From NCBI GenBank assembly GCA_002269645.1, contig NIVC01000827.1, forward strand, positions 524,484 to 588,483: DNA of 64,000 nt. The letters run 5' to 3'. Below, piece after piece: positions 1 to 12,810 of this stretch (positions are counted from its first letter, which is position 1; every line of letters begins with the position of its first letter). Under the pieces are notes generated by a model. It did not search any database. It saw only the letters and a list, made by a program, of their open reading frames with translations, and had not been told where the DNA came from. The position numbers and the translations under genes were made by a program. The stretch is from Macrostomum lignano (Eukaryota).

Positions 1-345
1 CCCACTTACAAGACACCTACACCCACTTACAAGACACCCACACCCACTTACAAGACACCTACATCCACTTAGAAGACACCCACACCCACTTACAAGACAC
101 CTACCACCCACCTAAAAGACACCTACACCCACTTACAAGACACCCACACCCACTTACAAGACACCTACACCCACTTACAAGACACCTACACCCACTTACA
201 AGACATCCACACCCACTTACAAGACACCTACCACCCACCTAAAAGACACCTACCACCCACCTAAAAGACACCTACACCCACTTACAAGACACCTACACTA
301 CCTACAAGACACCTACATCCACTTGCACGATACCACCTACACTCC
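1..345. repeat. Minisatellite, ~21-bp unit (CCCACTTACAAGACACCTACA), truncated by the window start
   Basis: Tandem unit read directly. It ends next to a minus-strand GTAAG donor-like site at 349. Confidence 0.95.
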
Positions 346-1333
346 TTACCAGATTTCAAAGGCGATTCAGTACAAATTTCAGAAATTGAATAAACAAGAG
401 AGTCGCAAAATCACTTCTAAGACCGTTTAAATTCAACGAGGTAAAAACGGAATAAATCAGAAGCAAAACATCTCGTTCAACCCTGCTGATAAAGCGATAT
501 CTATATTTAAAAAATATATATATATTTACAAACAGAAATAGACAGACAGAAACCAACATGAGCTATTATTGAATAAAAACTCAGTTACGTTGTGTTTGCA
601 GAAGATGATGCTAACGGACAAACAAACACAGAGGCAAGCAGAGAAAAATGTGAGAAATCAGATTTTTTAGCACAACAACAAATTAACAGCAAAAGCACAC
701 AGCAGGAAAATTAAGATTATAAAAAACATAATACACATAAAAATGAGTATTCTAACAACAGGACAACAGCCCTAGTGTCACTTGCTTGAAAGCGTGTTCA
801 GCAAATTGGTCAATATAAGTAGACAGCAAGAAAGGCGATTGAAAAATAAAGAACCGAGGCAACACTTACGGTATACATACTACTCAGCAGGCAGGCGAGA
901 TTAAGTAGTACAGACTGGACGTTAGTTGACAGATTATTTTTTTCTGCTGGGAAACAAAAAATGAGCTTTTAAATAAACAGAGCTTTGTTAATTTTTCATG
1001 CCAAGAACCACACCAACATCGTCACTCATACACACAGCTCACACAGGGCGTAAAGCGGCCCTCACCACGGTGTAAATCGCACAACCAATCCACTTGGTCA
1101 ATCTGGATGGTAAGAGTCATCAGAGCCTAAAGTGGTTCAACTGCACAATCCCCCGAAGAGGGACACTTAAGCTGAGCTAGTCCACATATACTAAAATTTC
1201 CAACACTTTGGAGAACAAATTTGTTGCATATTCTAGGAACACACATATAATAAATCACAGCTCAGCTGCTGTCACGGTGGAAACAAATTCCCCAAATTTT
1301 CCTAGATTCAATAATATACAATGACCGACCGTG

Positions 1334-4156
1334 TTACTGACTCAGACGCGGATCTTTGGTTGGTGGACGCTTAGGTGTAGGCGACGGCGACGGAGCAAAC
1401 GCAATGAAGCCATCGGAGTGCTTGTACTGCTCGGCATTGTCATAGTTAATCCGATGCAGATGGCCTGAACTGGTTGAATCTGTCCCCATTGACCTCAGAC
1501 TGTTGAGACGGCCGCCCATGGCTTCTAGGATAGCCTGGCCAGCGCATAGATCCCATTTTTTTATCGGACCCGCGTGGAGATAGTTGTCAGCTAATCCCTG
1601 AATGAACAACCAAGTGGGGATTTTAGTAGTATATTAGTATATTTAGATTAATAACCTATGAATATATGAAACACTCTCAAATTTTTAAGACACCCGAATG
1701 GCTCATGTCGATTACAAGACTACAGATACAATGCAAAATTCATTCTAAAAAACCGTCAGCGGATGCTGAGATGCTGAATGACTCACATGAAGTTTATAAA
1801 ATACAAAATGACTTATAGGGAATTGCTATGATTCCAAACGGCTCATGGGGAATCGTTAGGATGCCAAGTGGCTCATGGGGAATCGCTAGGATGCCAAGTG
1901 GCTCATGGGGAATCGCTAGGATGCCAAGTGGCTCATGGGGAATCGCTGGGATGCCAAGTGGCTCATGGGGAATCGCCCTGATACCAAGTGGCTCATGGGG
2001 AATCGCTAGGATGCCAAGTAGCTCATGGGGAATCGCTGGGATGCCAAGTGGCTCATGGGGAATCGCTAAGATGCCAAGTGGCTCATGGGGAATCGCCCTG
2101 ATACCAAGTGGCTCATGGGGAATCGCTAGGATGCCAATTGGCTCATGGGGAATCGCTAGGATGCAATCGCCAAGTGGCTCATGGAGAATCGCTAGGATGC
2201 CAAGTGGCTCATGGGGAATCGCTAGGATTCCAAGTGGCTCATGGGGAATCGCTAGGATGCAATCGCCAAGTGGCTCATGGGGAATCGCTAGGATGCAATC
2301 GCCAAGTGGCTCATGGGGAATCGCTAGGATGCAATCGCCAAGTGGCTCATGGAGAATCGCTAGGATGCAATCGCCAAGTGGCTCATGGGGAATCGCTAGG
2401 ATGCAATCGCCAAGTGGCTCATGGGGAATCGCTAGGATGCAATCGCCAAGTGGCTCACGGGGAATCGCTGTGATACCAGAGTTTCTAAAGAAGTGTTTAG
2501 ACACCAAGACTTATAGAAAACGGCTTGTCACGCGGTGCAAGCCTAAAGTGGTTAAACTGCACAATCCTCCGAAGAGGGACACACACTAGTCTACATATAC
2601 TACATGTAAAATTTCCAAACTTTTTTCTTACCTTACTAAGCAGCAGTAGTTTATAACCCGCCCCGGCAGCCGATAACAAGTCGACGGACTCGTTAGGGAA
2701 CAATTTTCTAGCCGTGCTATTCAATTGAGCGCCCCGATGACTGCGCGAAATCAGCACCCGCCTTCGTCGGTGACTCTTATCGGCGGCGCCTTTGATGTGT
2801 GAGTCCGATTTTAATACGTGCTTATCCAGCACAATAGGTAAATTTAATTGCTCTTTTAGACTGTCGGATACGCGAGAATTGCGCCAAGCCCAATAGGTTT
2901 TATTAGCGAATGGAAAATGCAGCACGCCTAGCAGGGGTGTGCCTCGGTAGGCCACGCACACCTGTTTTAGAGGTATTGTTGCTTGCTTATTACTTCATAA
3001 GTGCGATTTCTAACTAATTAACTAAATCTCTTTCTCCCCCTCTAACTCATTGTCTCTATGCTGCATTTCACTGTCTCTCTGCCTCTATCTCACCGTCTCT
3101 CGGCCTCTATCTCACCGTCTCTCTGCCTCTATCTTGCTCTCTCTCTGCCTCTATCTCACTGTCTCTCTGCTTCTATCTCACTATATCTCTGCCTCTATCT
3201 CACTGTCTGCCTCTATCTCACTGTCTGCCTCTATCTCACTGTCTCTCGGCCTCTATCTCACTGTCTCTCTGCCTCTATCTTACTCTCTCTCTGCCTCTAT
3301 CTCACTGTCTCTGCCTCTATCTCACTGTCTCTCTGCTTCTATCTCGCTATATCTCTGCCTCTATCTCACTGTCTCTGCCTCTATCTCACTGTCTCTCTGC
3401 CTCTATCTCACTGTCTTTCTGCCTCATCGCAACGTCTATCTCTGTCTATCTCACGGCATCTGCGTCTAGCTTTTCCTGACATCCCGGTCTCAATAGCTCC
3501 TATATTTTACTCACGTATAAGCACATATTAGCAGTTAGATTTCAAGCCTCTAAGTCAATAAGTTTATTCGTTTTTTTGGCCATCTATTAATAAGTGTTAA
3601 GCCGGCTTGGTAATTAAAAACGCACCTGAACAGACACGTACTGCAGCAGGTGCTCAGTAAACTCTTGCGTACCATCAAGCGGATCCACCCACACCAGCAC
3701 ATCGTTAGAATTGACAAAGAAGTCGTGTCTCAAAGGCTCCAAATCTGGATTGCGATGACTGGCCAAAGCCAGGGCCCGATAATCCACTGGGGCCGATTGC
3801 GACTCCTCCGACACAACATGTAACCATGGAAACGATTTATGAAATCCGAATACTAATTCGGCATTCGAAGCTAAATCCGCCTTAGTAACTGGGGGCGCCG
3901 AGTCGCTAATCTGAGCACTGGATTTATTAATTTTTGCTGCCGCTCGATGCCGCAAAATCTGTTGGCCAGCTCGTTCGCACAGCTCAATGCTGACTGACAG
4001 CAGCTCCTTGATTGAGACGCCGCGGCCTCTGCCTAGCAGGGGCATCTCGGTGCGCAGCAGGAACAGCAGTGCCGCTGCACTTATCAGGCAGAAGATGCCC
4101 AGCTTGTTTAGCCTGAGACGGCACACCGCCAGCAGTTGGCAACGGGTTTGATATTG
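1334..4156 (-). CDS. IMPAD1: Golgi-type inositol monophosphatase family protein / PAP phosphatase; coding exons ~4156-3626, 2961-2632, 1597-1334; start codon not located
   Basis: N-terminal TM anchor (KLGIFCLISAAALLFLL), TKAD, VVSEE, WVDPLDGTQEFT, SRSH, GAGYK and KKWDLCAG motifs. Phase-0 GT-AG junctions join YVSVQ|VCVAY and LLLSK|GLADNY. Stop is TAA at 1336-1334. Confidence 0.9.
1825..2470. repeat. Minisatellite, 30-bp unit (GGCTCATGGGGAATCGCTAGGATGCCAAGT) with 36-bp variants, in IMPAD1 intron 2
   Basis: Tandem unit read directly. It explains the spurious ORFs 1794-2507, 1828-2589 and 2108-2473. Confidence 0.95.
3050..3450. repeat. CT-rich minisatellite (CTCTATCTCACTGTCTCTGC-like) in IMPAD1 intron 1
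   Basis: Tandem 20-24-bp units visible directly. Confidence 0.9.
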
Positions 4157-4189
4157 CTGCTTTAGGGTAACTTAGAATTGGGGATCTGT

Positions 4190-4615
4190 GGAGGCCCAGC
4201 AACTGAGGACCTGGGAGGCTGGCCCAGCAACTGAGGATCTGGGAGGCTGGCCCAGCAACTGACACTCTGGGAGGCTGGCCCAGCAACTGACGATCTGGGA
4301 GGCTGGCCCAGCAACTGACACTCTGGGAGGCTGGCCCAGCAACTGAGGATTTGGGAGGCTGGCCCAGCAACTGAGGATCTGGGAGGCTGGCCCAGCAACT
4401 GACACTCTGGGAGGCTGGCCCAGCAACTGACGATCTGGGAGGCTGGCCCAGCAACTGACACTCTGGGAGGCTGGCCCAGCAACTGAGGATCTGGGAGGCT
4501 GGCCCAGCAACTGACGATCTGGGAGGCTGGCCCAGCAACTGACACTCTGGGAGGCTGGATCAGAAACTGAAGATCTGGGAGGCTTGCCCAGCAACTGAGG
4601 ATCTGAGAGGCTGGT
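4190..4615. repeat. Minisatellite, 28-bp unit (GGCCCAGCAACTGAGGATCTGGGAGGCT), just upstream of the first conserved IMPAD1 exon
   Basis: Tandem unit read directly. Confidence 0.95.
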
Positions 4616-6027
4616 GATGGCAAGAACAGAATACTAAACCTAATTAAACAACCCCAAGTAAAGTCAGTGAAAGCTAGTTAACATCATAGAAAACCCAAGT
4701 AAATAAAGCAATGCCTGGGATTTTATTTAAGCAACTGTAAAAATTATTTGTTATTAAATAAGATAAGATATGATTGATTATTACAATAACCAACAGAAAA
4801 GTTATATCACAATAAGCTAGACATTCTGTCGCATGATAAAGGTAGATTATTAATAATAATTGAGGTGGTAAAGATTTCAAATAATACTTATACAATAATA
4901 GAGGCTGTCTAAGCCACAGAGTTAGTGGAGTTAGCAATTTTGGTGGAGAAAAAAGGTAGCTAAGTGTTAGAGAAGGAATGTGCATGAGAATACGAATATG
5001 CAGAATTTACACTGGATTTTTTAAGCCATACCGCATACCAAAAAAGACAAAAAGGCTTAGCTAGATTGAGACAAAAATCCATTTAGCAAGCCATCGACGA
5101 TACACACTACTTATCAAGCCAGTAGTATAGTTAGTACTATACATAGTTAAATAAAAAATAATATCAGCGGCCATTAGGAAATGAGCAAAACAAAGGTTTG
5201 TATTTTGCAATATGCCTACTAAAAGTAGGGTGCAGGAGACGTTTTGGAAAAAAATAGTAGGTACTTTTCTATGCATATCAATGGCTTATTTAATAACAAA
5301 ACAATGTCAAACAAAAAATGTACTTCCTAGGAAAAAATAGAAAAAAAACCATTGATTATAGCAACTTGTGCCAGTCGCAGACTGATATAAACTTACAAGC
5401 AAAGTCGTATATTTGTATAAATTTCTGACAGATTAACATTGTAGTGGCAAACTGCTTTGATGCGTAACATACATAATTTTTGTTTGACAACAAATAGAGC
5501 TCCAAAGATGGAACAGATTCTAATAAACATTTCAGTTTTAATGAGTACTAAAGTAGCTGATTACAATTTAAAACACATGGACTTTTAAATCCGAAAACAA
5601 CTGGAATGGATGGAAACAGACAACTATAAAGTAGATAATAGAAAATACAACGTTTGAAATGGAAATTATAGTTTAATTTGATTTTCTATTTACCAGCTAT
5701 TTTTCATTAGTTGAAGGCTTATATTTTGGAAGGTTTTGTATTTTATTATGGGACAAAAAAGTCCCGCTAAGAAAAAAAGTACATTGGAAGATTTGCTACT
5801 TTACGGGATTATCTCATCTAACCAATTTGACTTCATAAAGCAAATATAGGCTTTCAAATACATTTTTCACTTTAAAACATTAGTATCAATGAGCGTAGTT
5901 TACAGTTAGTTAAAAAAGGAAGCAAAACCTACTACTATAATGCTGCATTATCTGTACACGCGAAACAACATCTTGCCACTTCATCAATCTTCTTTGTTCA
6001 CCTATTTATAATTGACCCATGTGAAGT

Positions 6028-6744
6028 TCAAATAACAGACGACAAAGATCTGCCAGGCGGTGTGGGCATCATCAGTTCGTCAGTTGACTTGCCAGCTGAC
6101 ATAGGGAAAGCGTACTCTCTCTGTATCATCAATTCGCGATCTAATTTCACCTGCGGCACCATGAAACAGGCGGTGAAAAAGCAGAAGATCACTGATAGCA
6201 CAGCCAGACCAAAGCTCCAAGATGGCCAGTTGAGCTCAGGGTTTGGTAGCCAATACGGATCCAAGCACTTTGAGCCGAATACGATGATGCCAACGCCTAG
6301 CAGGGTGCCAATAAACAGCATAGCATAGGCCAAGACTTGGCTCAACAGAGCTCGCCTCTCAGGATTATTAACGCACCTGACAACATAGATGACGCACAGG
6401 ATCAGAGCGCCAATATGCAGCATCAGGCCGAACGTGATGCAGAACTGTACAAATCTAAACCAAGGCGGCATCAGGTAGTTTCGAATAGGATAAAATTCTG
6501 GAGCAAACGACCACCAACAGCCGAAATAGGAGCGCATCTCGGGGTCGAGGCGATGCACTAAGCCATCTAGGCAGAATTCCCACAGTCCCAGCCTATCCAT
6601 AGGCGTGTGCACCCTTGGCCAGCTCTGCAGCCAGAAAGGTGTCACAAATGACAATAAAACGCATACGAAACTGAATACTGCACAGAATAGCGCCGCTCTT
6701 GCATAGCCGGACACCAACTGCTGCTTCTCGGAGTTGATCGACAT
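6028..6744 (-). CDS. Invertebrate claudin-like four-TM protein (PMP22/claudin superfamily; resembles the kune-kune/sinuous/pickel group), single exon, 238 aa
   Basis: ATG-to-TGA ORF with four hydrophobic segments, W...GLWEFC...GCWW extracellular-loop signature, EFYPIRNYLMPPW, and WPSWSFGLAV before TM4. Confidence 0.88.
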   Translation of the reverse strand: MSINSEKQQLVSGYARAALFCAVFSFVCVLLSFVTPFWLQSWPRVHTPMDRLGLWEFCLDGLVHRLDPEMRSYFGCWWSFAPEFYPIRNYLMPPWFRFVQFCITFGLMLHIGALILCVIYVVRCVNNPERRALLSQVLAYAMLFIGTLLGVGIIVFGSKCLDPYWLPNPELNWPSWSFGLAVLSVIFCFFTACFMVPQVKLDRELMIQREYAFPMSAGKSTDELMMPTPPGRSLSSVI

Positions 6745-9039
6745 TTCATCAACTGTCTGTTGTTAATTGGATAGTTACAACCTGTGCTTCTGTTTTTATA
6801 GTATCTCTAATTACATGCAATAATGAGGCAATTGTTGTGTTAAATTTTCTTTCAACTATTTATAACCTGAATTGACAAAAGGAAACACGTGATCTGCTAG
6901 AGAGAGACAAGATGTGTTCACAATAATAGAAATTTCTTTTGTAGTTTCTTTTTTGCTAATGTGGCCAAATCTAGCTTATCCCACAGATATTAGAATAACT
7001 AGATATGTCACTCGGAATTAAAATTGTGAAAAAGTAGAGCCTCTACTCTCTTTTCAGCAGTTGTCTGCGCTAATGTAATTTTAATTTGATAGTAGAAGGT
7101 AAAATTCCTTTCCTTCCTCAGGGCTTGCGGCCTCAAGAGCATATGGGGTTAAGAATGAACAAGCATTTGTTAACTCAATGTACACAAATGAACGCAAGAC
7201 GGACAAAACTCAGCCTAGGGGGAGGGGGGGGCCAAGCTAGCTCAGCCAATGAGAGAGCAGTAGAGAGATGTCTGGGCGCCAGCACTAATTCGAAAATTTT
7301 ACATTTTTATAGTTTTCTATAGTCTTAAATCTTAAATTCATTTATTTTTGAACTGGTAAAACTCAGCAGACATGCTTATTTAATTAGCCTGCTTGTAGAA
7401 TAAGGCACATACAAATTTTGCAGCTTTAAAAACTTAAAATTTTGTTTAAAAGTAGATAAATTTTAATTTCACTTTTATAAAGGCAAAAAATGCTTATTTT
7501 GCTACTGAAAAAAAGAGTAGAGAAACGCATTTTTTGCGAGTGACAAATCTAGTTATTCTAGTATATGTGGCTTATCCTAAACTTAAAATTGCATTTTTTA
7601 ATTCCCCTAGGATATATTATTTTCTTGGCATTAAACTCAGATGTTATATACTTAAATATTCATATAGGAAGAATCAAACACCCCTCTACAGTTCAATATA
7701 TCAATTGAAAGTTATAATGTCAAACTTTCATAATGTCAAATATAAGACTAAAACATCAGTTTGTTAAAAAATTCTTGCAAGGCCTTTTCACAAGACCAAA
7801 TTATATCATATTACTAAAAAATAAAAATTATGCTATAATTTCAAAGGTTGCATATGTATGGCATGGTAACTAAACTACTGCATAGGCTTTTTGGGATAGC
7901 TCAAGCATAACTATAACTTTTAAGTCTAACAATTTCCTAGGATGGGGAAACCAATGCTTTTCCTAACTATTAATGGTAGGGTTCCTAAATCCTGGACATT
8001 TTACAATCCTGGGATCTTGGACAAAAATTGACCCAATCCCGGGATCCCAGGCCAATCCCAGGATTGAACAAACAAATTTACGGGAAGCTTTCCATTGTCC
8101 ACAAAACAATTTCTCAACCAATTTGAGCATCATTTGGGTTTCTACTTTCTATTTCTAGCTTGTATGAGAACTGCATTGATAAAATAGTTGAAGTTAGTTG
8201 TTAGTTGTACATACATATTAAACTGCTCTCTAAACTTTGACCATCACATGCACAATAAGCTGAATTAATTGAGAATCAACAACTTCTGTGTCACAAGTTT
8301 AACAAGTTCAAAAGATCTAGTTGGTTATTATTTTTTTGATGAAAAAAGGCTGCAAAACCCCTTTTTCATATATTTTTTGTGAAATTAATGTACCAACCTT
8401 TGACTGTCACACTCGTGGAAATAGCCTATAACTGTTTACTATGCATACTGCACTTTCTATAAAAGGTTTGGATATGTCTTAATTTTGACATTATTGGGTC
8501 AGATGAATGCTTGAATTAAATTTGCAATCTACAATGACTCAGTCAAAACAGGGTAGGAAAGAAACAACTTGGAAGGTGGGTCAGAGATTTATTACCTTAA
8601 CACTAAAGTCTAGACTAGGCACTGCTAGGGCATAGACAGGATACTAGACATACCATAATCACAATTAGTGAATCGATCTATATAAATTGATAATAAGCCA
8701 ATAAACTTATATAGAAAACAAAAGGCAAATCTAATTCTACCCCCATTTAACTCCCCCCTTCTCTGTATGTTTGTCACTTTAGCCAACACCTCCTTTCTTC
8801 CCAGTCTCTTAATGTTTGCCACTTTAAACTTTTCTTACTCTCTCTTCTCAATGGAGTTTTATGGGTTTGCCTCACCACCTAAACTTGTGAGATCTACTGA
8901 TCACCCTCTCCTTTCATTATTTGACTCTGAACAACCAAGTTGGCAACCCCCAAACACCAAAACCAAAAACCTAGTTTTGTGCATAGCTTTATATTGATTA
9001 AAAATGAATCAAGTTGAAATGCTTGCCAGGGGCATTCTT

Positions 9040-9330
9040 GTTGTGCCTGCTTTCAGCTGCTACTGGCAGATTACCAAATAACCATGGCACAGCTTCAAGA
9101 GGCTCTGGGCGTTGGGGCCAACCAGGTGCAGAGCATCCTGCACAAACACCTGCATGTCTAGAAGCTCTGCATCTGATGGGTGCCTCATTTGCTCACATAG
9201 CTGCAGAAGGCACCTTGCATACAGTGGTGCCATCAGATGCTCACTGACTTCAATGGGGGCACTAGTTGTGACATTCTAGACATTGTCACAGCCAATGAGA
9301 CATGGATCTACCAGGATTCTATCTAGATGT
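9040..9330 (+). pseudogene. Degenerate mariner transposase fragment
   Basis: Manual translation of the frame containing 9066: ITMAQLQEALGVGANQVQSILHKHLHV*KLCI*WVPHLLT*LQK...DIVTANETWIY. This matches the mariner HTH, the WVPHEL motif and the IVTGDETW first-aspartate motif, with in-frame stops. Confidence 0.8.
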
Positions 9331-9675
9331 CTCCCATTGGGGGGGCAAAGATTGCTAGTCTTTGATGCTATTAGCATCAATTTGCATAGAAAAACCTAGA
9401 ACTTAACCAATATTTATTTTGCTATTGAAGTTTATTCTGTATAAATTTTTATACTTTATGTTGCTTTTTGTCTTTTGTTTTTGTTAAATTTGAATATCAA
9501 TGCAAATATCAAAGGGAAAATAAATGAATATTATAAGCTAGCTGCCTAGCTATTAGACATAATTCATGACAAAAATGAATATCTAAAAAATAAAGCAAAA
9601 AATCAAAAATTAGTTCCAATATCCTTGTTTTATAAAACCTTATTTGGCAATTCACTATTTATATATATATATATA

Positions 9676-12001
9676 CGAGTGGAACTCCTCTTTTGGAGAA
9701 GAAAGGGGAAGAAATCCCATCACCGGAATACCATTCCCTGAAAAATCCATCAACTAAAATTCCATGTCTTGAACCCTATCTTCAAAATCATCTCCAAATT
9801 CTTTACAAAACCTTTAAAAGACCATAGCTCAAAGACTCTCATGTCTCTCATATATCCTCTCTCCTCTCTTCGCTATTATTGTGACTCTCTTCTCTCTCCT
9901 CTCTCATCTCATCTCTACCCCTACTCCCTTATTTATCTCTTTTCCCTCGTCTTTCGTCTGCACCCTTTCCTGTCTCTGTCTCCTCTCTTCTCTCATATCT
10001 TTCCTCTTCACTTCTGTCTCCTGTCTCCTCTCTTCTCTCTTATCTCTCTTCTCTCATATGTCATCTCTACTCACTTATCTATCGTCTCTTTTAACCCTCT
10101 CTCTCTGTTCTCTTCTCTCTGCTCTCATTTCTTATATCTCATACGCTCTCACACTCTACTTTCTTGTCTCCCATCTTTCTTTCCCCCTTACCACTATCCC
10201 CTCTCTTCTCTTTTCTCTTTTCTATTCCCTCCATTCTCTCTTCTCTCCTCTCCTTTCTCTTTTCATCTTCTCCCTTCTCTTCTCTAATCTCTAATCTTTT
10301 CTCTCCTATGTTCCCACTCATCTCTTCTCATTGCATTTCTTATCTCTTTTCTCCTCTCCTCACTACTTAACTCTCTTAACTCTCTCATCTCTGATCTTTC
10401 ATCTCTCTCCTCTCTCCTCGCTTTCTTCTCCTTTCGCTTCTCTCTCCTCTCTCTCCTCTTATCTCTACTACCTTATTTATATCTTCTCCCTGGTCTTTCG
10501 TCTCTACTCTCTCCTGTCTCCTTTCTCCCTTCTTTTCTCCTCTCTTCTCTCTCCCCTCCTCTCTCATCTCCCATCTCCCATCCTTCATCTCACTCTTTCT
10601 TTCTCCTCTCCTCTCCCCTCTCTTCTATTTCCTCTATACACTCTTATCCTTCATCTATTCTCTCTCCTAGCATCTCTCTTGTCTCTCTCTGCTATCTTAT
10701 ATCTCCTATCTCATCTCCTCTCTCCTTTTCTCTTCTGTCCCCCTCTTCATTCCCGCCTCACTCCCCTCCTCTCTCCAATCTGTCATCTCTCCTCTCTTTT
10801 CTATTGTCTCCTCTCTCTTCTATTTCACTCTTCTATCTACTCTCTTATCTGACTGATGGAAGGTACCGAATTCATTGAACTCCATGAAACAAAAATCTAT
10901 CAAAATTCTCTCCAAAAAACAAATCCTCTCTGTGAAACTGGACTAAATTGAAATTTTCTCTCTAAAAAAACTCAACTCTCAGAATTCATTGGTTAGGGAC
11001 CTTAGGGTTAGGTTTAGAGAGCTGCACAGAGCTGCATGTTGAAAGATGCTGATGCCTGATATTAAAAAATTGAACTAATTAAAGCAATAGATTGCACAAC
11101 CAATTTTTCAGTCAGTGTCATGGTCTTAGTTAAAGTTAACAATATCGTTGCGCAACCTAAATCACCCTTCAATACAGAGCGACTGACCACCCTCCAATAC
11201 ACAGCACAGCGGCAGTTAAAAGTTGAAGTTGAACCCCACAACTTTATCTATTACATCTCCCAAAAATAAGTACAATTTTTGCAGAAAATTAAAAGCATGA
11301 AAACCATTTTCTTAATTCTAAGCTTTCTGTTTCCATATTTAAAGCAAACAACTTATATCCCTGAACTCAGCGTTGCAAGATCTTTCCAGCAATATAAGTC
11401 TTTCCTTTCAAAGTTTAAAACTCGAGGAACAGTTAGCCTTTGAAATTTACCAATTTCCCGACTACTTGCTAGAGATAGAGAAGCTCGCAAGTTTATTCAT
11501 TGAATTTCACTGCCAAACTAATACACAGGGCTGCCTATGGAAAAAAGGCGCCCATAATAAAACCAATTGACTCTTGACACAGTCCTATCTATCTGTTTAC
11601 ACTGTACAACTGCTATGTACACTCAGCCCAAGCTTAACCCCCGTTCTGGGGAAAGCATTAAATTTAACTCAACACGCTGTGGTTTTATTTGCATTGAATG
11701 CAGAACATGCGAACCCACCATCCCTCAACTCAGAGCAGCCTGCGGGCGGAGGCTAGGGTGGCTATTTTTACAAACTGGCTACAGCCCCAGGCAGAGTAGC
11801 CAAAGAAGGTTATTGAGGGTTAAAAAAGCAGTTTTCTGCTTGTTTAGGGATGTTAAAATGTGAAAATTAAAAATTAAAATAGCCTAAAGCCTGCTCTGGA
11901 AAATTTGCAGTTTTCCCATAAGTTTTGATGCTGACTTGGCAGAATTGTAGGAATTCACTTGCAACATACAGACAAACAACACGTGAGTTTTAGTATAAAG
12001 A
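9676..12001 (-). mobile_element. Non-autonomous Helitron-like element H1, copy A (reverse-complement relative of 44331-47514), with ~1.1 kb of CT-only cargo
   Basis: About 1 kb (11000-12000) and the terminal ~150 bp (9676-9830) are reverse-complement matches to 44340-45330 and 47370-47514. 5' end is TC-TTTATACTAAAA plus a (GTCT) microsatellite. 3' end is CTCG|T. Confidence 0.72.
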
Positions 12002-12724
12002 GTAGTTTAGTGTATAGTATAATATATAAATATATGTATAAAAATATCACTAAGTCCAAAGTAATTGCCAAAATTTCTTGTCACCAAAACAATTATTAAT
12101 TAAAGTTTATTACTTTGACTTGACTTCATAGGCAAAGGAAGGTTTCAAAAAATGGGAGGTCAGGTTAAGTGACAAATTTAGGGGGAGGGGGTGCATAGGG
12201 CATCCCCATCAAGTTAGATTTTATATAGAAAATGCACACTATCATGTATCGATTATTTTCATAATCTATCTTGTCAGTAAAGGTCAAATAGGATCCCAAT
12301 TCCAATCTCAAAATCTTGAGATCATAAGGAAAATTGGATTTCTATAGGACCAAGATCCTGATCCTAAAAAACATGAGAATTAGGAACAGGTCTTTTGATT
12401 AAAAAATTATAGAATGAGTGATTACCTGAATGTATTTTGTTTTAACTTGTACTCATTCTATTATTATTTTGTTGGTTACAAAACTTTGTATTGATTTTGT
12501 TAGGGTCTATGTTATACTTTTTGATCTTGACATTTTTGCTCAATTTTGTTTAACTTGATATGGACCTACAAACTACAATAAACTAAAAGACCTTAATCCC
12601 AATTCTTGAATCCCAATCCAATCCCAAAAAAATTATTCTCAATCTTGATCCTGTCCTACTTAAACTAAGATTATAATCCCATTATTTTATAAAAAATTGC
12701 ATGTACTCCTTTTATAAAGCACCA

Positions 12725-12810
12725 TGGGCACTCATTTTGGCACTACAGGCACTCATTTTGGTGCTGCAGCTGCAGGCACTTATTTTGGCATTGCAGACAC
12801 TTATTTTGTA
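12725..12810. repeat. Short degenerate run of the 21-bp GGCACTCATTTT unit, same family as the array at 40935-42478
   Basis: About 4 decayed units, reverse complement of AAAATGAGTGCC. Confidence 0.55.

Noticed and set aside
1794-4623. Long overlapping ORFs on both strands (IPHEPLG, SGSWGIARM, LSLCLY, ASQILSCW repeats)
   Set aside because: They are translations of intronic or intergenic minisatellites that lack stops, with no similarity to real proteins.
9769-10852. Leu/Ser/Phe-rich ORFs (also 45765-47376, 19912-20176, 23197-23427)
   Set aside because: They arise from CT-only or GA-only low-complexity DNA.
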